Positions 54,015 through 63,095 are shown, counted from the stretch's first letter. The stretch is DNA of 64,000 nt from Capsulimonadaceae bacterium (GCA_965215505.1 OZ244065.1:288001-352000), one strand, 5' to 3'. Made by a program: numbers and translations. The notes: a model not told the origin generated them from the sequence alone.

Positions 54015-56396
54015 CTAGTTGATCCTGCGCCGGAAGGTGAAGGTGCGGGGCGTGCCTGGGGCGAGGCTGCCCGAGATGGTGTCCACATACTTGGTGACGT
54101 CCGTGGCCGCCGTCGTCCCCGACCGGTCCGTGCCGGGGGCGGGCGGGCCGCCGTTGTAGAAGGTGATGACGCCGCCGCCCGAGTCTACGGCGGAGCCGAG
54201 GACGTTGCTGGTGTCCAGGATGCCGTTGCCGTCCTGGTCCAGTGCCCAGTTGTTGCCGCCCGCCGTGCCGTCCTCGATGATGACGGCGCTGCCGGCGTTC
54301 AGGACCGTACTCCCCGTCCCGGCGGGCGCGGAGGAGACGTTGGTGTAGGTGATCTTGTAGTCAATATAGCGGCCCGGCTGGATGTTGGCCGAGGACGGCC
54401 CGGCGCTGTAGTCCTGGATGACCGTCGTGCCGTCGGCGGCCACGATGCGGGCGCTCTTGGTCACCTGGAGGAAGCCGGTATACAGCCGGTCTATGGTCAT
54501 GTTACTCGGCTCCCCTGGGTCCGGCACGCCGTTGCCGTTGGCGTCCACGTTCGCCAGGATGGGGACCGGGAAGCCTTTGCTGGTGTCCGTCGAGAGCGGC
54601 GTGTTGGCGGGGAGCTGGACCGTCGCCGTGTAGCTGAGGGTCGCACCCGCCGCCATGCTCGGGATAGAGATCGCCGTCCCGCTCGCCAAAGCCCAGTGCG
54701 CGCCGTCATAGCCGTAGACGGCGCTCGCCCCGCCGTAGGCCAGCGTGAGGTGCGTCCCGACGGGCAGGTCGGCGGCGGCCCCGCCGGGGATGGCGGCGGG
54801 CGGCTGCGGCAGGAGGAGCGTGTTGCCGCTGATCGGGGCCGCGCCGGGGTTTTGCAAAGTGTTGGTGAACGTGACGGCGGCGGGCGTGATCAGGGTGCCC
54901 GGCGGGGTTCCGGGGGGGACCGGGGTGGACAGATTCGAGAAGTCGTCGTTGCTGCCGTTCGGCCCGGTCGCGCCGGGCTGGCCGTTCGGCCCGTTCATCA
55001 CGACGCCCGCGGGCGAGACGGTGTAGACGTTGTCCTCGCCGCCCGGCCCGGTCCCGGTGTCGTTGTTGCCCGCGTCCGTCCCGTCCGTGCCGGGGGCGGC
55101 GACGCCGTTCGTCGGCGTGCTTCCGCCCCGGCTGCCGTCGTCGTTGAAGAGGCTCGGCGACTGGTCACCGGACTCGTCATACACAAGCGCGTTCGTGGCG
55201 TCGCCCGAGGTCTGCCCGAAGAGCTGGGCGATGTTGTTCACCGGGGTGGGGGCGGTCGCGCTGGCCCCGGTGGTCGTGACCGTGTAGGCGAAGCCGGTCA
55301 GCGTCGTCCCCCGGGTGACCGGGCCGGGGGCGATGAAGCCGACGCGGGTGACGGTGGTCAGGTCGGTCGGCGCGGCCGTCGTCCAGGCGGCGCTCTCGGC
55401 GACCGTGCTGGTCGGCGTGGTCGTATAAACGACGGTCCAGCCGGAGGGGGCGGTTGGCGTGCCGGTCAGGGTCGTCCCGGCCGGGATGGCGTTCGCGATC
55501 AGGACGCTGGGCGCGGACGCGCCGTTGACGGTCAGGGGGGCGGCGGCGAGGTCGGCGGCGGCCAGGGCGTGGGAGGCACCCGCGCCGGTCGGGACGCTGT
55601 TGTTGACGTTCAGGCCCAGGCCGTAGGTGAGGGTGTCGGCGGCGGGGACCGCGCCCTGGGCGAAGCCGGTCCGGGTCAGCAGCAGGACGGCCAACGCCTG
55701 CGGCTGCGTCCCGACGGTGCCGTTCTGGAAGGCGCTGGCCTCGCGCAGCCCGTTCTGGGCCGTGGTGGAATTCGTGTGGACGTCGGCGGCAGACGGGGTG
55801 GGGTCGGCGATGTTCTGGGTGTCGGTGTTGTTGTCGTTCGCGCCCGTGTCGCCGAGCAGCACCTTGATGACGTCGCCGGTCGCCGCCGAAGCCGCAACGG
55901 TGATGGGGACGCGCACCAGGACGGTTCCGTTCGCCGGGATGGCGGACGTGGCGACCCCGCCCGCCGGGATGTTGGTGAAGTGCGCGCCCCCGTCGGTACT
56001 ATACTGGAGCGCGCCCGCCGTGCCGGGGCCGGTGACGGTCGCCGCGCCGGGCAGGGTGATGGCGTTCGCGCCGTTGCCGATGTTGGTGACGGTGAAGTCG
56101 TAGTTCACCGTGTCGCCGGGCAGAATGTTGTTCGCGTGGCCGGGCGTCGTGTCGGTGACGGCCGCGCCGCCGGCCGAGAGGCCGGCGACCTCGGCGACCG
56201 TCACCGAGACGGTGTTGGAGGTCGCGTTGAGGGCCTGGCCCGCGTTGTTGGGGTCGTTGTAGGTGGCGGACGCGGTGTTGCTGATCGCCGTGCCCGCCGC
56301 CGTGCCCGCCGCCCGCGCCGGGCCGCCGTCCGTCAGGGTGCCTTCAAAGACCCCCCCGAACAGGACCGTCGCGAGGAGCAATCTGCGTGTCTGCAT
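54015..56396 (-). CDS. Secreted beta-rich DUF11-type repeat protein (putative major filament subunit)
   Basis: Signal peptide ending ARA; mature N-terminus 'AGTAAGTAISNTASATY...SNTVSVTVAEV'; C-terminus 'LQVTKS...PGRYIDYKITYTN...IIEDG...LAPG...TFTFRRRIN'. Confidence 0.85.
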   Translation of the reverse strand: MQTRRLLLATVLFGGVFEGTLTDGGPARAAGTAAGTAISNTASATYNDPNNAGQALNATSNTVSVTVAEVAGLSAGGAAVTDTTPGHANNILPGDTVNYDFTVTNIGNGANAITLPGAATVTGPGTAGALQYSTDGGAHFTNIPAGGVATSAIPANGTVLVRVPITVAASAATGDVIKVLLGDTGANDNNTDTQNIADPTPSAADVHTNSTTAQNGLREASAFQNGTVGTQPQALAVLLLTRTGFAQGAVPAADTLTYGLGLNVNNSVPTGAGASHALAAADLAAAPLTVNGASAPSVLIANAIPAGTTLTGTPTAPSGWTVVYTTTPTSTVAESAAWTTAAPTDLTTVTRVGFIAPGPVTRGTTLTGFAYTVTTTGASATAPTPVNNIAQLFGQTSGDATNALVYDESGDQSPSLFNDDGSRGGSTPTNGVAAPGTDGTDAGNNDTGTGPGGEDNVYTVSPAGVVMNGPNGQPGATGPNGSNDDFSNLSTPVPPGTPPGTLITPAAVTFTNTLQNPGAAPISGNTLLLPQPPAAIPGGAAADLPVGTHLTLAYGGASAVYGYDGAHWALASGTAISIPSMAAGATLSYTATVQLPANTPLSTDTSKGFPVPILANVDANGNGVPDPGEPSNMTIDRLYTGFLQVTKSARIVAADGTTVIQDYSAGPSSANIQPGRYIDYKITYTNVSSAPAGTGSTVLNAGSAVIIEDGTAGGNNWALDQDGNGILDTSNVLGSAVDSGGGVITFYNGGPPAPGTDRSGTTAATDVTKYVDTISGSLAPGTPRTFTFRRRIN

Positions 56397-56502
56397 GTCG
56401 TGCCTTCCGTTGCCGAATGGGAAAATGGCTGGGTGCTTGTGGCGTAGTCCGGGAGGATGACATCATGCCGCCCTGCTCCTGTCAAAACTACTGCTGGCAT
56501 AT

Positions 56503-56533
56503 TTATCGGGGCCGGGGGCAGGAAACTTTAGGG
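56503..56533 (-). promoter_or_regulatory. Sigma28 (FliA/SigD)-like promoter TAAAGTTT-N12-CCCGATAA
   Basis: Minus strand CCCTAAAGTTTCCTGCCCCCGGCCCCGATAA, ~105 bp upstream of the 56396 start. Confidence 0.65.
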
Positions 56534-56621
56534 GGAAGCGGGAACTCCCATAGCTGTGCGGCCATCGCGCAGTGCCTGGCCCCGGAGCCTTGGGGGTGCA
56601 TCACATGAAAGGGGCGAAACC

Positions 56622-57755
56622 ATGAAAAGCACGACCGGGCCGCTGGCCGCAAGCGTAGAACCATTCGTGGATGACCAGGTGATCGCAGGCGCGGTGCTGC
56701 TGGTGGGGGATAAAGACGGGGCCTCAGAGATCGAGACGCTGGGCTATGCGGACATCGCCGCGCAAAAGCCGATGCAGCGTGACACGCTGTTTTGGATCGC
56801 CTCCAACAGCAAGCAGATGACGGCGGCGGCCTTGATGCTGCTGGCGGACGAGGGGGAGATTGCGCTCGGCGACCCCGTTTCGCAGCACCTGCCGGAGTTC
56901 CAAGGGCAGATGTTCGTCGCCGAGGCGGATGACGAACACAAACTGCTCCGCAGGCCGACCCGCCCGCTTACGGTGCGCGACCTCCTCGCCCACACCGGCG
57001 GCGTCCTGCCCTGGTTCCACGACGGCCGGCTGAACGCCGGCTCGCTGCGCGAGCGGAGTTTGGCTTGCGCGCTGACGCCGCTGCGCTTTGAGCCGGGAAC
57101 GCGGTGGGAGTACGGCAACGGCGGCTTCGAGGTGGCCGGGCGGCTCATCGAGGTCCTGAGCGGCCTGCCTTACGATGCATTCCTACAGGCCCGCCTGTTC
57201 GACCCGCTGGGCATGGCCGACACGACCTTCTGGCCCTCCGACGAACAGCTCGGGCGGCTGGCGACGCCCCACGCGCCCGGCCCGGACGGGACGGGCCTGG
57301 CGGCGGCTGCCCTGCCGTTCACCTACCCCCTGTCCGGACTCTCCGGGTCGCCAAGCCCCGGCGGGGGCCTGTTCTCCACGGCCGGCGACTGCTACCGGTT
57401 CTGCCGCATGGTCGCCGGGGGCGGCGTGTTCGAGGGGAACCGCCTCTTGACCGAAGGCTCGGTCCGCGCGATGACGACGACTCAGACCGGCGACCTGCCC
57501 GGCCCGCCGGGCGGCGCGGGCGGCTACGGCCTGGGCTGGAACACCGCAAGCCGGGACCACGGCGGGCCGTGGCCGGAGGGGATCGGCCCGTTCCATCACG
57601 GGGGCGCGCACGGCACCAGCCAATGGGTTGACCCGCAGCGAGACCAGATCCGCGTCTTCCTGATCGCCCAGGCGGGCTGGGCACCGGGCGCGGACAGCGG
57701 CCGCCCCGTGCAGGCGTTCTGGGAGGCGTGCGACCGGACCGGGAAGCCGCTTTAA
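56622..57755 (+). CDS. Serine hydrolase (beta-lactamase/class C-like family)
   Basis: SxxK 'IASNSK', 'LLAHTGG', YxN 'WEYGNG', 'HGGAHG'. Confidence 0.9.
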   Translation: MKSTTGPLAASVEPFVDDQVIAGAVLLVGDKDGASEIETLGYADIAAQKPMQRDTLFWIASNSKQMTAAALMLLADEGEIALGDPVSQHLPEFQGQMFVAEADDEHKLLRRPTRPLTVRDLLAHTGGVLPWFHDGRLNAGSLRERSLACALTPLRFEPGTRWEYGNGGFEVAGRLIEVLSGLPYDAFLQARLFDPLGMADTTFWPSDEQLGRLATPHAPGPDGTGLAAAALPFTYPLSGLSGSPSPGGGLFSTAGDCYRFCRMVAGGGVFEGNRLLTEGSVRAMTTTQTGDLPGPPGGAGGYGLGWNTASRDHGGPWPEGIGPFHHGGAHGTSQWVDPQRDQIRVFLIAQAGWAPGADSGRPVQAFWEACDRTGKPL

Positions 57756-57848
57756 CCGAGTGGCAGGCCCGTTTACCTCGCGCGTGGGTGAAGGAATAAG
57801 AGCCAGTCGGGGGCGAAGATCGCCCCCGGCTGGAAGGAATCAGCACCC

Positions 57849-58649
57849 ATGAGCGATACAACGACAAAGCCGCTCGCCGTCGTGACCGGCGGCTCCAACG
57901 GCATCGGCTACGAACTCGCCAAGCAGTTCGCCCAGAACGGATTTGACCTCATCATCGCCGCCGAGCCGGACGGCTTGGCCCAGGCCGCCCAGAGCCTCCA
58001 GGGCCTGGGTGCGTCGGTCACGCCGGTAGCCACAGACCTCGCCGACCACGAGGGCGTCCACGTCCTTTACGACAAGATCAAGGCATCGGGCCGCCCCGTG
58101 GACGCCATCGCCATCAATGCGGGCGTGGGGGTCGGCGGCGACTTCCGCGAAACCGATCTGGCAGAGGAGATCAACATGATCAACCTCAACTGCATCTCGA
58201 CGGTCCACCTCGCCAAGCACATGGCCCAGGACATGACCGCGCGGGGCAGCGGGCGCATCCTGTTCACGGCCTCCGTCGCGAGCCTGATGCCCGCGCCGTT
58301 TGAAGCGGTCTACGGGGCGACCAAGGCGTTCGTTTTCTCATTTTCCGAGGCCCTGCGGAACGAGCTGAAGGATACGGGCGTCACGGTGACGGCGCTCCTG
58401 CCCGGCCCGACGGAGACGAACTTCTTCCACCGCGCGGACATGGACGACACGATGGTGGGCGGTGCCAAGAAGGACGACCCTGCGGACGTTGCAAAGGACG
58501 GTTTCGAGGCGCTGATGGCGGGCAAAGACAAGGTCATCGCGGGCAGCCTCAAGACCAAGGTGCAGGGCGTCATCAGCGAGCTGATCCCGCCGACCGCCTC
58601 AGCGGAGATGCACCGCAAGATGTCGGAGCCGGGTTCGGGGGAGAAATAG
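57849..58649 (+). CDS. Short-chain dehydrogenase/reductase
   Basis: 'TGGSNGIG', 'NAG', 'YGATK'. Confidence 0.95.
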   Translation: MSDTTTKPLAVVTGGSNGIGYELAKQFAQNGFDLIIAAEPDGLAQAAQSLQGLGASVTPVATDLADHEGVHVLYDKIKASGRPVDAIAINAGVGVGGDFRETDLAEEINMINLNCISTVHLAKHMAQDMTARGSGRILFTASVASLMPAPFEAVYGATKAFVFSFSEALRNELKDTGVTVTALLPGPTETNFFHRADMDDTMVGGAKKDDPADVAKDGFEALMAGKDKVIAGSLKTKVQGVISELIPPTASAEMHRKMSEPGSGEK

Positions 58650-58771
58650 GCGCGCGTAGCCGGTGTGTCCCGGCCCCTCGGGGCTTCGGATGGCATCCCC
58701 TGGCCGCGTAGGGGCGCGATTCATCGCGCCCTTTTCTCCCGTCCGCGCCCTCTTCTCCTGCCCGTGGCACG

Positions 58772-59695
58772 TCACCGCCCGGCGTCTGGCGGCGCACGGT
58801 CCGCCGCCGACTCGGGCCGGGCCGCCCCACGCCTGGCCGCCGCCAGGGCCGCCTTGAACCGCGCCACGCCGCTCAGATTGACGGCCTGCTGCCCCGTGCT
58901 GATCGCCGCGCCCCCGTCTCCCGTTGCCCCGGCCCCGCCGGTTGCCCCGGCCACCGCCCGCAGCACCGTCCCGAAAACCGTTCCCGTGACGCTCACCCCC
59001 CGCCTCGCGCCCCGGTCCGAGAAGGTGGGCCTTCCGGTAGTCCTCTCCGGGGTCCGGTCCGGGGAAGCCGAAGGCAGAACGGGCCTCGCGCGCGTCTGAG
59101 TTATTTCCTGCGTCTTCTCTGAGATGATCTCTGAAGTAGTTTGCGCGATCCCCGCAAACTGGCTTGCAGGAAACGCGCGAACAAGTGTTCGCGTTCCGCG
59201 CACTCCTGCTTGCGATAATGAAGTGCCCAGAGCCGCCGCGACCGCCGCCGCCTGCGCCTGAAGGTGCGCCCACAGCAGGCGCAGCACGGCGGCCATGTCC
59301 AGCCGGAAGTGGAGGGTGGCCGGAATGCCGCACAGCTTCTCCTCCAGCACGCCCTGCGCGCAAAGCCGCCGCCGGGCCGTCGCGGTCTCGGCGCGTGACA
59401 GGCCGGTCTCCTCGGTGATCTCGCGCTGCGCCTTCCAGAACCAGCCACTGGTGCGCGCCTGGACGGTAGGTGTGCCGGTCCAAAACCAGAACTGGGACAG
59501 GAGGACGCCGCAGGCCGCGCCGCCGAACAGCCGGGTAAAACAGGGGCGGAGGGCGACGACGCGGCCCGACCCGAGCAGGGCGTCGAGGGCGCGCAAAGCC
59601 TCCGGCGGCAGGGCCTCGGGCGTAGGCGTGGGGGCATCCGCCGGGGAGGCGGGGCGAGACTCGGGGGGCTGAGACGCGGGAGCGGACTGGAACAC
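58772..59695 (-). CDS. Hypothetical protein with a phage/plasmid replication-initiator-like winged-helix domain
   Basis: 'GVLLSQFWFW...GWFWKAQREITEETGLSRAETATARRRL...GVLEEK..GIPATLHFRL'; GGAGG RBS before GTG. Confidence 0.6.
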   Translation of the reverse strand: MFQSAPASQPPESRPASPADAPTPTPEALPPEALRALDALLGSGRVVALRPCFTRLFGGAACGVLLSQFWFWTGTPTVQARTSGWFWKAQREITEETGLSRAETATARRRLCAQGVLEEKLCGIPATLHFRLDMAAVLRLLWAHLQAQAAAVAAALGTSLSQAGVRGTRTLVRAFPASQFAGIAQTTSEIISEKTQEITQTRARPVLPSASPDRTPERTTGRPTFSDRGARRGVSVTGTVFGTVLRAVAGATGGAGATGDGGAAISTGQQAVNLSGVARFKAALAAARRGAARPESAADRAPPDAGR

Positions 59696-59892
59696 GGTGC
59701 GGACCCTCCTTGAAGCGCAGGCATGAAGCGCAGGCGAGTCCAGTATGGCAGGTTTGCGGGGTGTTTGTCTACTATCTGTCTACTATTCAGAAAATAAAAG
59801 GCAAATCAGGCAGCCACAGGGCTGGTCGCGGGAGTACCGGGTCGCCGTGCGGCCTAAGCGGCGGGGTCAGGGGCGGCATGGCGGGAACCAGG

Positions 59893-59978
59893 AGGGCGCG
59901 GCAAGCAGCGCCCCTACGGGCGTTCCCCAACCGCGCAGCGGTTTTCATTCCAGAGTAGCCCGGCCATTCATGGCCGGG
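59893..59978. repeat. REP-like hairpin cluster
   Basis: Inverted GTAG REP 59893-59917 and GTAGCCCGGCCATTCATGGCCGGG 59955-59978. Confidence 0.65.
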
Positions 59979-60017
59979 AACGTGCGCGCCGGGCCTGATC
60001 TGCCGCGCCGGGAGCCG

Positions 60018-60830
60018 TCACCCGAAGAACTGCCGCAGGGACTCGGCGATGTGCCGCAGGCCGAGTTCGGGGGCGGCGGGGTAGCCGCTGACCTCCGCCG
60101 TGACGAAGCCGCCGTAGCCGATGCCGTCCAGGGCGGCCCGCACGGCGGCCCAGGGCACGTCCCCTTGCAGGGGGTTGGCGAAGCCCTGGATGCTGCCGAT
60201 CTCGGCCTTGAAGTCCTTCACATGCACCTTCTTGATGCGCGGCCCTAAGATCTCGATCCAGTGCTGCGGGTATCCGTAGGACAGGATGTTGCCCGCGTCA
60301 AAGTAGACGCCGACCCACGGGCTGTTCACCTCGTCCACGAACCGCGCCATTTCGAGTGGCGACAGCAGGAACTTGTTCCAGACGTTCTCCACGCCGATGA
60401 AGACGCCGGAGGCTTCGGCCTCGGGGGCAAGCTCCCGGAGCGCGGCTTGGGAACGCTCGTAGGCGACATCATACCGGATGTCGGCACTGACGATGCCCGG
60501 CACGCACAGGACGGTGTCCACGTCCAGCCACCGGGCGGCTTGGAGCGCGGCGCGCACCACCTCAATGCCCCGGCGGCGCACGTCGGGATCGTTCGCCGTC
60601 AGCGGGTACTTCCAGCCCAGGCCGCTGGACAGGCTGGACAGCGTGATGCCGGCTGCGTGGGCGCTGTCGGCGAGGCCGCGCACGGCGGCTTCGGTGCTGG
60701 TCAGGGCCAGCTCGCCCGTCTCGGCGATGTTGACCTCGATGCTGTCGAACCCAGCCGTTTTCGCGGCCTTGAAGCACTCGGCCAGGCTCCACTCGGGCGG
60801 CATGGTCCAGCGGTTGATGCCGATCTTCAT
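60018..60830 (-). CDS. Sugar phosphate isomerase/epimerase (xylose isomerase-like TIM barrel)
   Basis: 'GVENVWNKFLLSPLE', 'YFDAGN', 'VHVKDF'. Confidence 0.9.
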   Translation of the reverse strand: MKIGINRWTMPPEWSLAECFKAAKTAGFDSIEVNIAETGELALTSTEAAVRGLADSAHAAGITLSSLSSGLGWKYPLTANDPDVRRRGIEVVRAALQAARWLDVDTVLCVPGIVSADIRYDVAYERSQAALRELAPEAEASGVFIGVENVWNKFLLSPLEMARFVDEVNSPWVGVYFDAGNILSYGYPQHWIEILGPRIKKVHVKDFKAEIGSIQGFANPLQGDVPWAAVRAALDGIGYGGFVTAEVSGYPAAPELGLRHIAESLRQFFG

Positions 60831-60850
60831 GTAATTGTTCGCCTCAGTAT

Positions 60851-61011
60851 CCCACGGGGCTGAAAACCCCGTGCTTTGATAGAGCAAATCCCCGCTTTTC
60901 ACTCCGCTACGGAGCGCAGCGACTAGGAGGCGCGGGCATCAGAATGTCCTGAATCTTCGCCCTTACCCTCGGGGGCTTGCACTTCTAAAGCCCAGGGGTT
61001 CAGCCCTGGGT
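60851..61011. repeat. Intergenic cluster of REP-like hairpins
   Basis: CACGGGG-CTGAAAAC-CCCCGTG, CTCCG-CTA-CGGAG, CCCAGGG-GTTCAG-CCCTGGG. Confidence 0.5.
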
Positions 61012-61017
61012 TGTGTC

Positions 61018-62010
61018 TCAGTTCTCCACCGCGACCGGCTGCCCCGTCTCGGCGGACCGGTAGGCGGCCAGGGCGACGGTGAGGGCGCGCAGGCCGTCCT
61101 CGCCGGTCGCGAGGTCCGGCGCGTCCTCGCCCGAACACCCTCGCAGGAAGTCGGCCACCAGCCCGGCGTCCATGCCGCTGCCCCAATGTGACCAGCCGAC
61201 GCGGCCCGCCGTGTCGTCATAGTGGATCAAGTTCTGGGCGAACATGTCCATGTCCAGGACGCCGCCCGTGCCGACCACCTGCATCGTCACGTCCCCCCAG
61301 GTCGGGAACGTCTTGGGGCGCGACCAGCTCGTGTCCAGCGTCGCGAACACGCCGTTGCCATACTTGATGCTCAGGAAGCCGGTGTCGTCCCACTCCTGAT
61401 GGTAGAAGCCGCTGCCGATCTCCGCCTGCACCTCGGTGGCCTCCCGCCCCAGCAGGACGCGGTTCAAGTCGGCCACATGGACGGTATGGTCAATCACCGC
61501 CCCCCCGCCCGAGAGCGACCGGTCGGTGAACCAGCCGCCCGGCATGGAACCCCGGTTGGTGCCTCGTATCGCCAGCACCTCGCCGATGGCCCCGGCCTGC
61601 ACACGCGCCCGGAGCCTCTGGAATGCGGGCGCGTAGCGGCAGGGGAAGGCGGTCGCCAGGCGTACCCCGCTTCCCGTGCAGAGCGTGACCATCGCCCGCG
61701 CGTCTTCCAAGGTGGTCGCCAGCGGCTTCTCGCACAAGATGGCTTTGACATTGGCGGCGACGGCCTTCTCGACAAGCGGCCGGTGGTGGACGTTCTCGCT
61801 AGTAATAATCACGCCGTCTAAGCCCTGGCCGAGCAGGGCGGCGTCGGTGTCAAAGTAGGCGGTCCCGAACTGCGTCGCCATCTTGACGCCGCGCGCCGGG
61901 TCCGGGTCGGCGATGCCGACGAATTCCGCGCCGGGGTGGGCGGCGAGCGCCGCCGCGTAGGAAGCGGCGTGCATGTGTGCGAATGAGAAAATGCCGATCT
62001 TGACTGTCAT
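61018..62010 (-). CDS. Gfo/Idh/MocA-family oxidoreductase
   Basis: 'ILCEKPLA', 'GGGAVIDHTVH'. Confidence 0.92.
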   Translation of the reverse strand: MTVKIGIFSFAHMHAASYAAALAAHPGAEFVGIADPDPARGVKMATQFGTAYFDTDAALLGQGLDGVIITSENVHHRPLVEKAVAANVKAILCEKPLATTLEDARAMVTLCTGSGVRLATAFPCRYAPAFQRLRARVQAGAIGEVLAIRGTNRGSMPGGWFTDRSLSGGGAVIDHTVHVADLNRVLLGREATEVQAEIGSGFYHQEWDDTGFLSIKYGNGVFATLDTSWSRPKTFPTWGDVTMQVVGTGGVLDMDMFAQNLIHYDDTAGRVGWSHWGSGMDAGLVADFLRGCSGEDAPDLATGEDGLRALTVALAAYRSAETGQPVAVEN

Positions 62011-63017
62011 GCCAGTGTCACCGCCTTTCCCGTCTCGATGGACTCCAGCGCGGCCAGGGCGATCCGGGCCGCCTCGCGGGCGTCATAGACCGTCACCGGT
62101 GCCGGGACGCCGCCGTCGAGTGCCTGAATAAACGCGCTCAGTTCCAGAAAGTAGGGATTGTCGCCCGCCGTGAGCGGGCTTTCCGGCACGGCCACTCCGC
62201 CCCCGCCGCCGACTGCCGCGAGCGGCGAGAAGGTCAGCGGCGCGCTCCGGGCGCTGTCATGCTCGATCAGGCCCGCGTCGCCCGCCACTTCCAGGGTCGT
62301 GCGGAAGCCGCCGGGATGCGCCCACGAGCCGGAGACATGAGACACGGCACCCGACTGATGCCGCAGCGTGACGAGCGCGTAATCGCGCTTCCCGGCGTGT
62401 TCGGGCTTGCCGTATAATCCCTGGGCGAAGACGCGCGTGACCGGGCCGAAGGTCCAACGCAGCCAGTCGAAGTCGTGGACGATCATGTCCAGGACGACCC
62501 CGCCGCTCTGGGCCGAGTCGCCGTACCATGTCTTCCCCCCGCCCGGCATCCCGGCCAGGCGGGCGGTGCGGATCGCGGCGGGCTTGCCGACGCCGCCCGT
62601 GTCTACAATCCGCTTCGCGGCGGCATACTCGGGAAAGAAGCGCAGGACGTGGCCCGCCATCAGCGGGACGTTCGCCCGCTCGACGGCCGCGACGATGGCG
62701 TCACAGTCCGCCAGAGTCCGCGCCAAGGGCTTCTCCACGAAGACCGCCTTGCCCGCCGCCGCCGCCCGTTCCACATACTCCCGGTGCAGCGGAGTCGGGA
62801 CGCAGACGTCCACGATGTCCGGACTAGTCTGCCGCAGCAGGGCGTCAAACTCTTCTCTTCCAAACGCGGGGCAGGCGGCGGCCTCGGCCACCTTCGCGGC
62901 CTCCTCCCGGCTCTCGGCCAGGACGCCGACGACCTTCACGTCCGGTACGGCCTTCCACTGCCGCCCGTGTTCCCCGCCCATCGTCCCCGCCCCGATCAGT
63001 GCGATCCGATACGTCAT
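62007..63017 (-). CDS. Gfo/Idh/MocA-family oxidoreductase
   Basis: 'IGAGTMG', 'VFVEKPLA', 'SGGVVLDMIVHDFD'. Confidence 0.93.
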   Translation of the reverse strand: MTYRIALIGAGTMGGEHGRQWKAVPDVKVVGVLAESREEAAKVAEAAACPAFGREEFDALLRQTSPDIVDVCVPTPLHREYVERAAAAGKAVFVEKPLARTLADCDAIVAAVERANVPLMAGHVLRFFPEYAAAKRIVDTGGVGKPAAIRTARLAGMPGGGKTWYGDSAQSGGVVLDMIVHDFDWLRWTFGPVTRVFAQGLYGKPEHAGKRDYALVTLRHQSGAVSHVSGSWAHPGGFRTTLEVAGDAGLIEHDSARSAPLTFSPLAAVGGGGGVAVPESPLTAGDNPYFLELSAFIQALDGGVPAPVTVYDAREAARIALAALESIETGKAVTLA

Positions 63018-63048
63018 GCTGTTTGATCCTCACATTAGCGTCGGTGGA

Positions 63049-63077
63049 ATTATAGGGGAGTTCAGGGCACTTGTCAA
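63049..63077 (-). promoter_or_regulatory. Perfect consensus sigma70 promoter TTGACA-17-TATAAT
   Basis: -35 at 63077-63072, -10 at 63054-63049, upstream of 63017. Confidence 0.85.
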
Positions 63078-63095
63078 CCGGGCTGCACGGCTAGG

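Noticed and set aside
37582-56396. Classical chaperone-usher, type IV, sortase or type V pilus assignment
   Set aside because: No recognisable PapD/PapC, prepilin G|FxxxE, LPxTG/sortase or lipobox signatures in these genes
53652-56447. Long antisense ORFs (931 aa here; also 49430-51823, 46173-48470, 24181-26259, 17039-18943 and others)
   Set aside because: Shadow frames opposite well-supported genes, expected from high-GC codon bias; no recognisable motifs
56622-57755. Antibiotic-resistance beta-lactamase
   Set aside because: Only generic serine-hydrolase motifs; esterase/peptidase function is equally likely
58772-59695. Prophage or integrated plasmid
   Set aside because: Single gene only; no integrase, att repeats or structural genes seen
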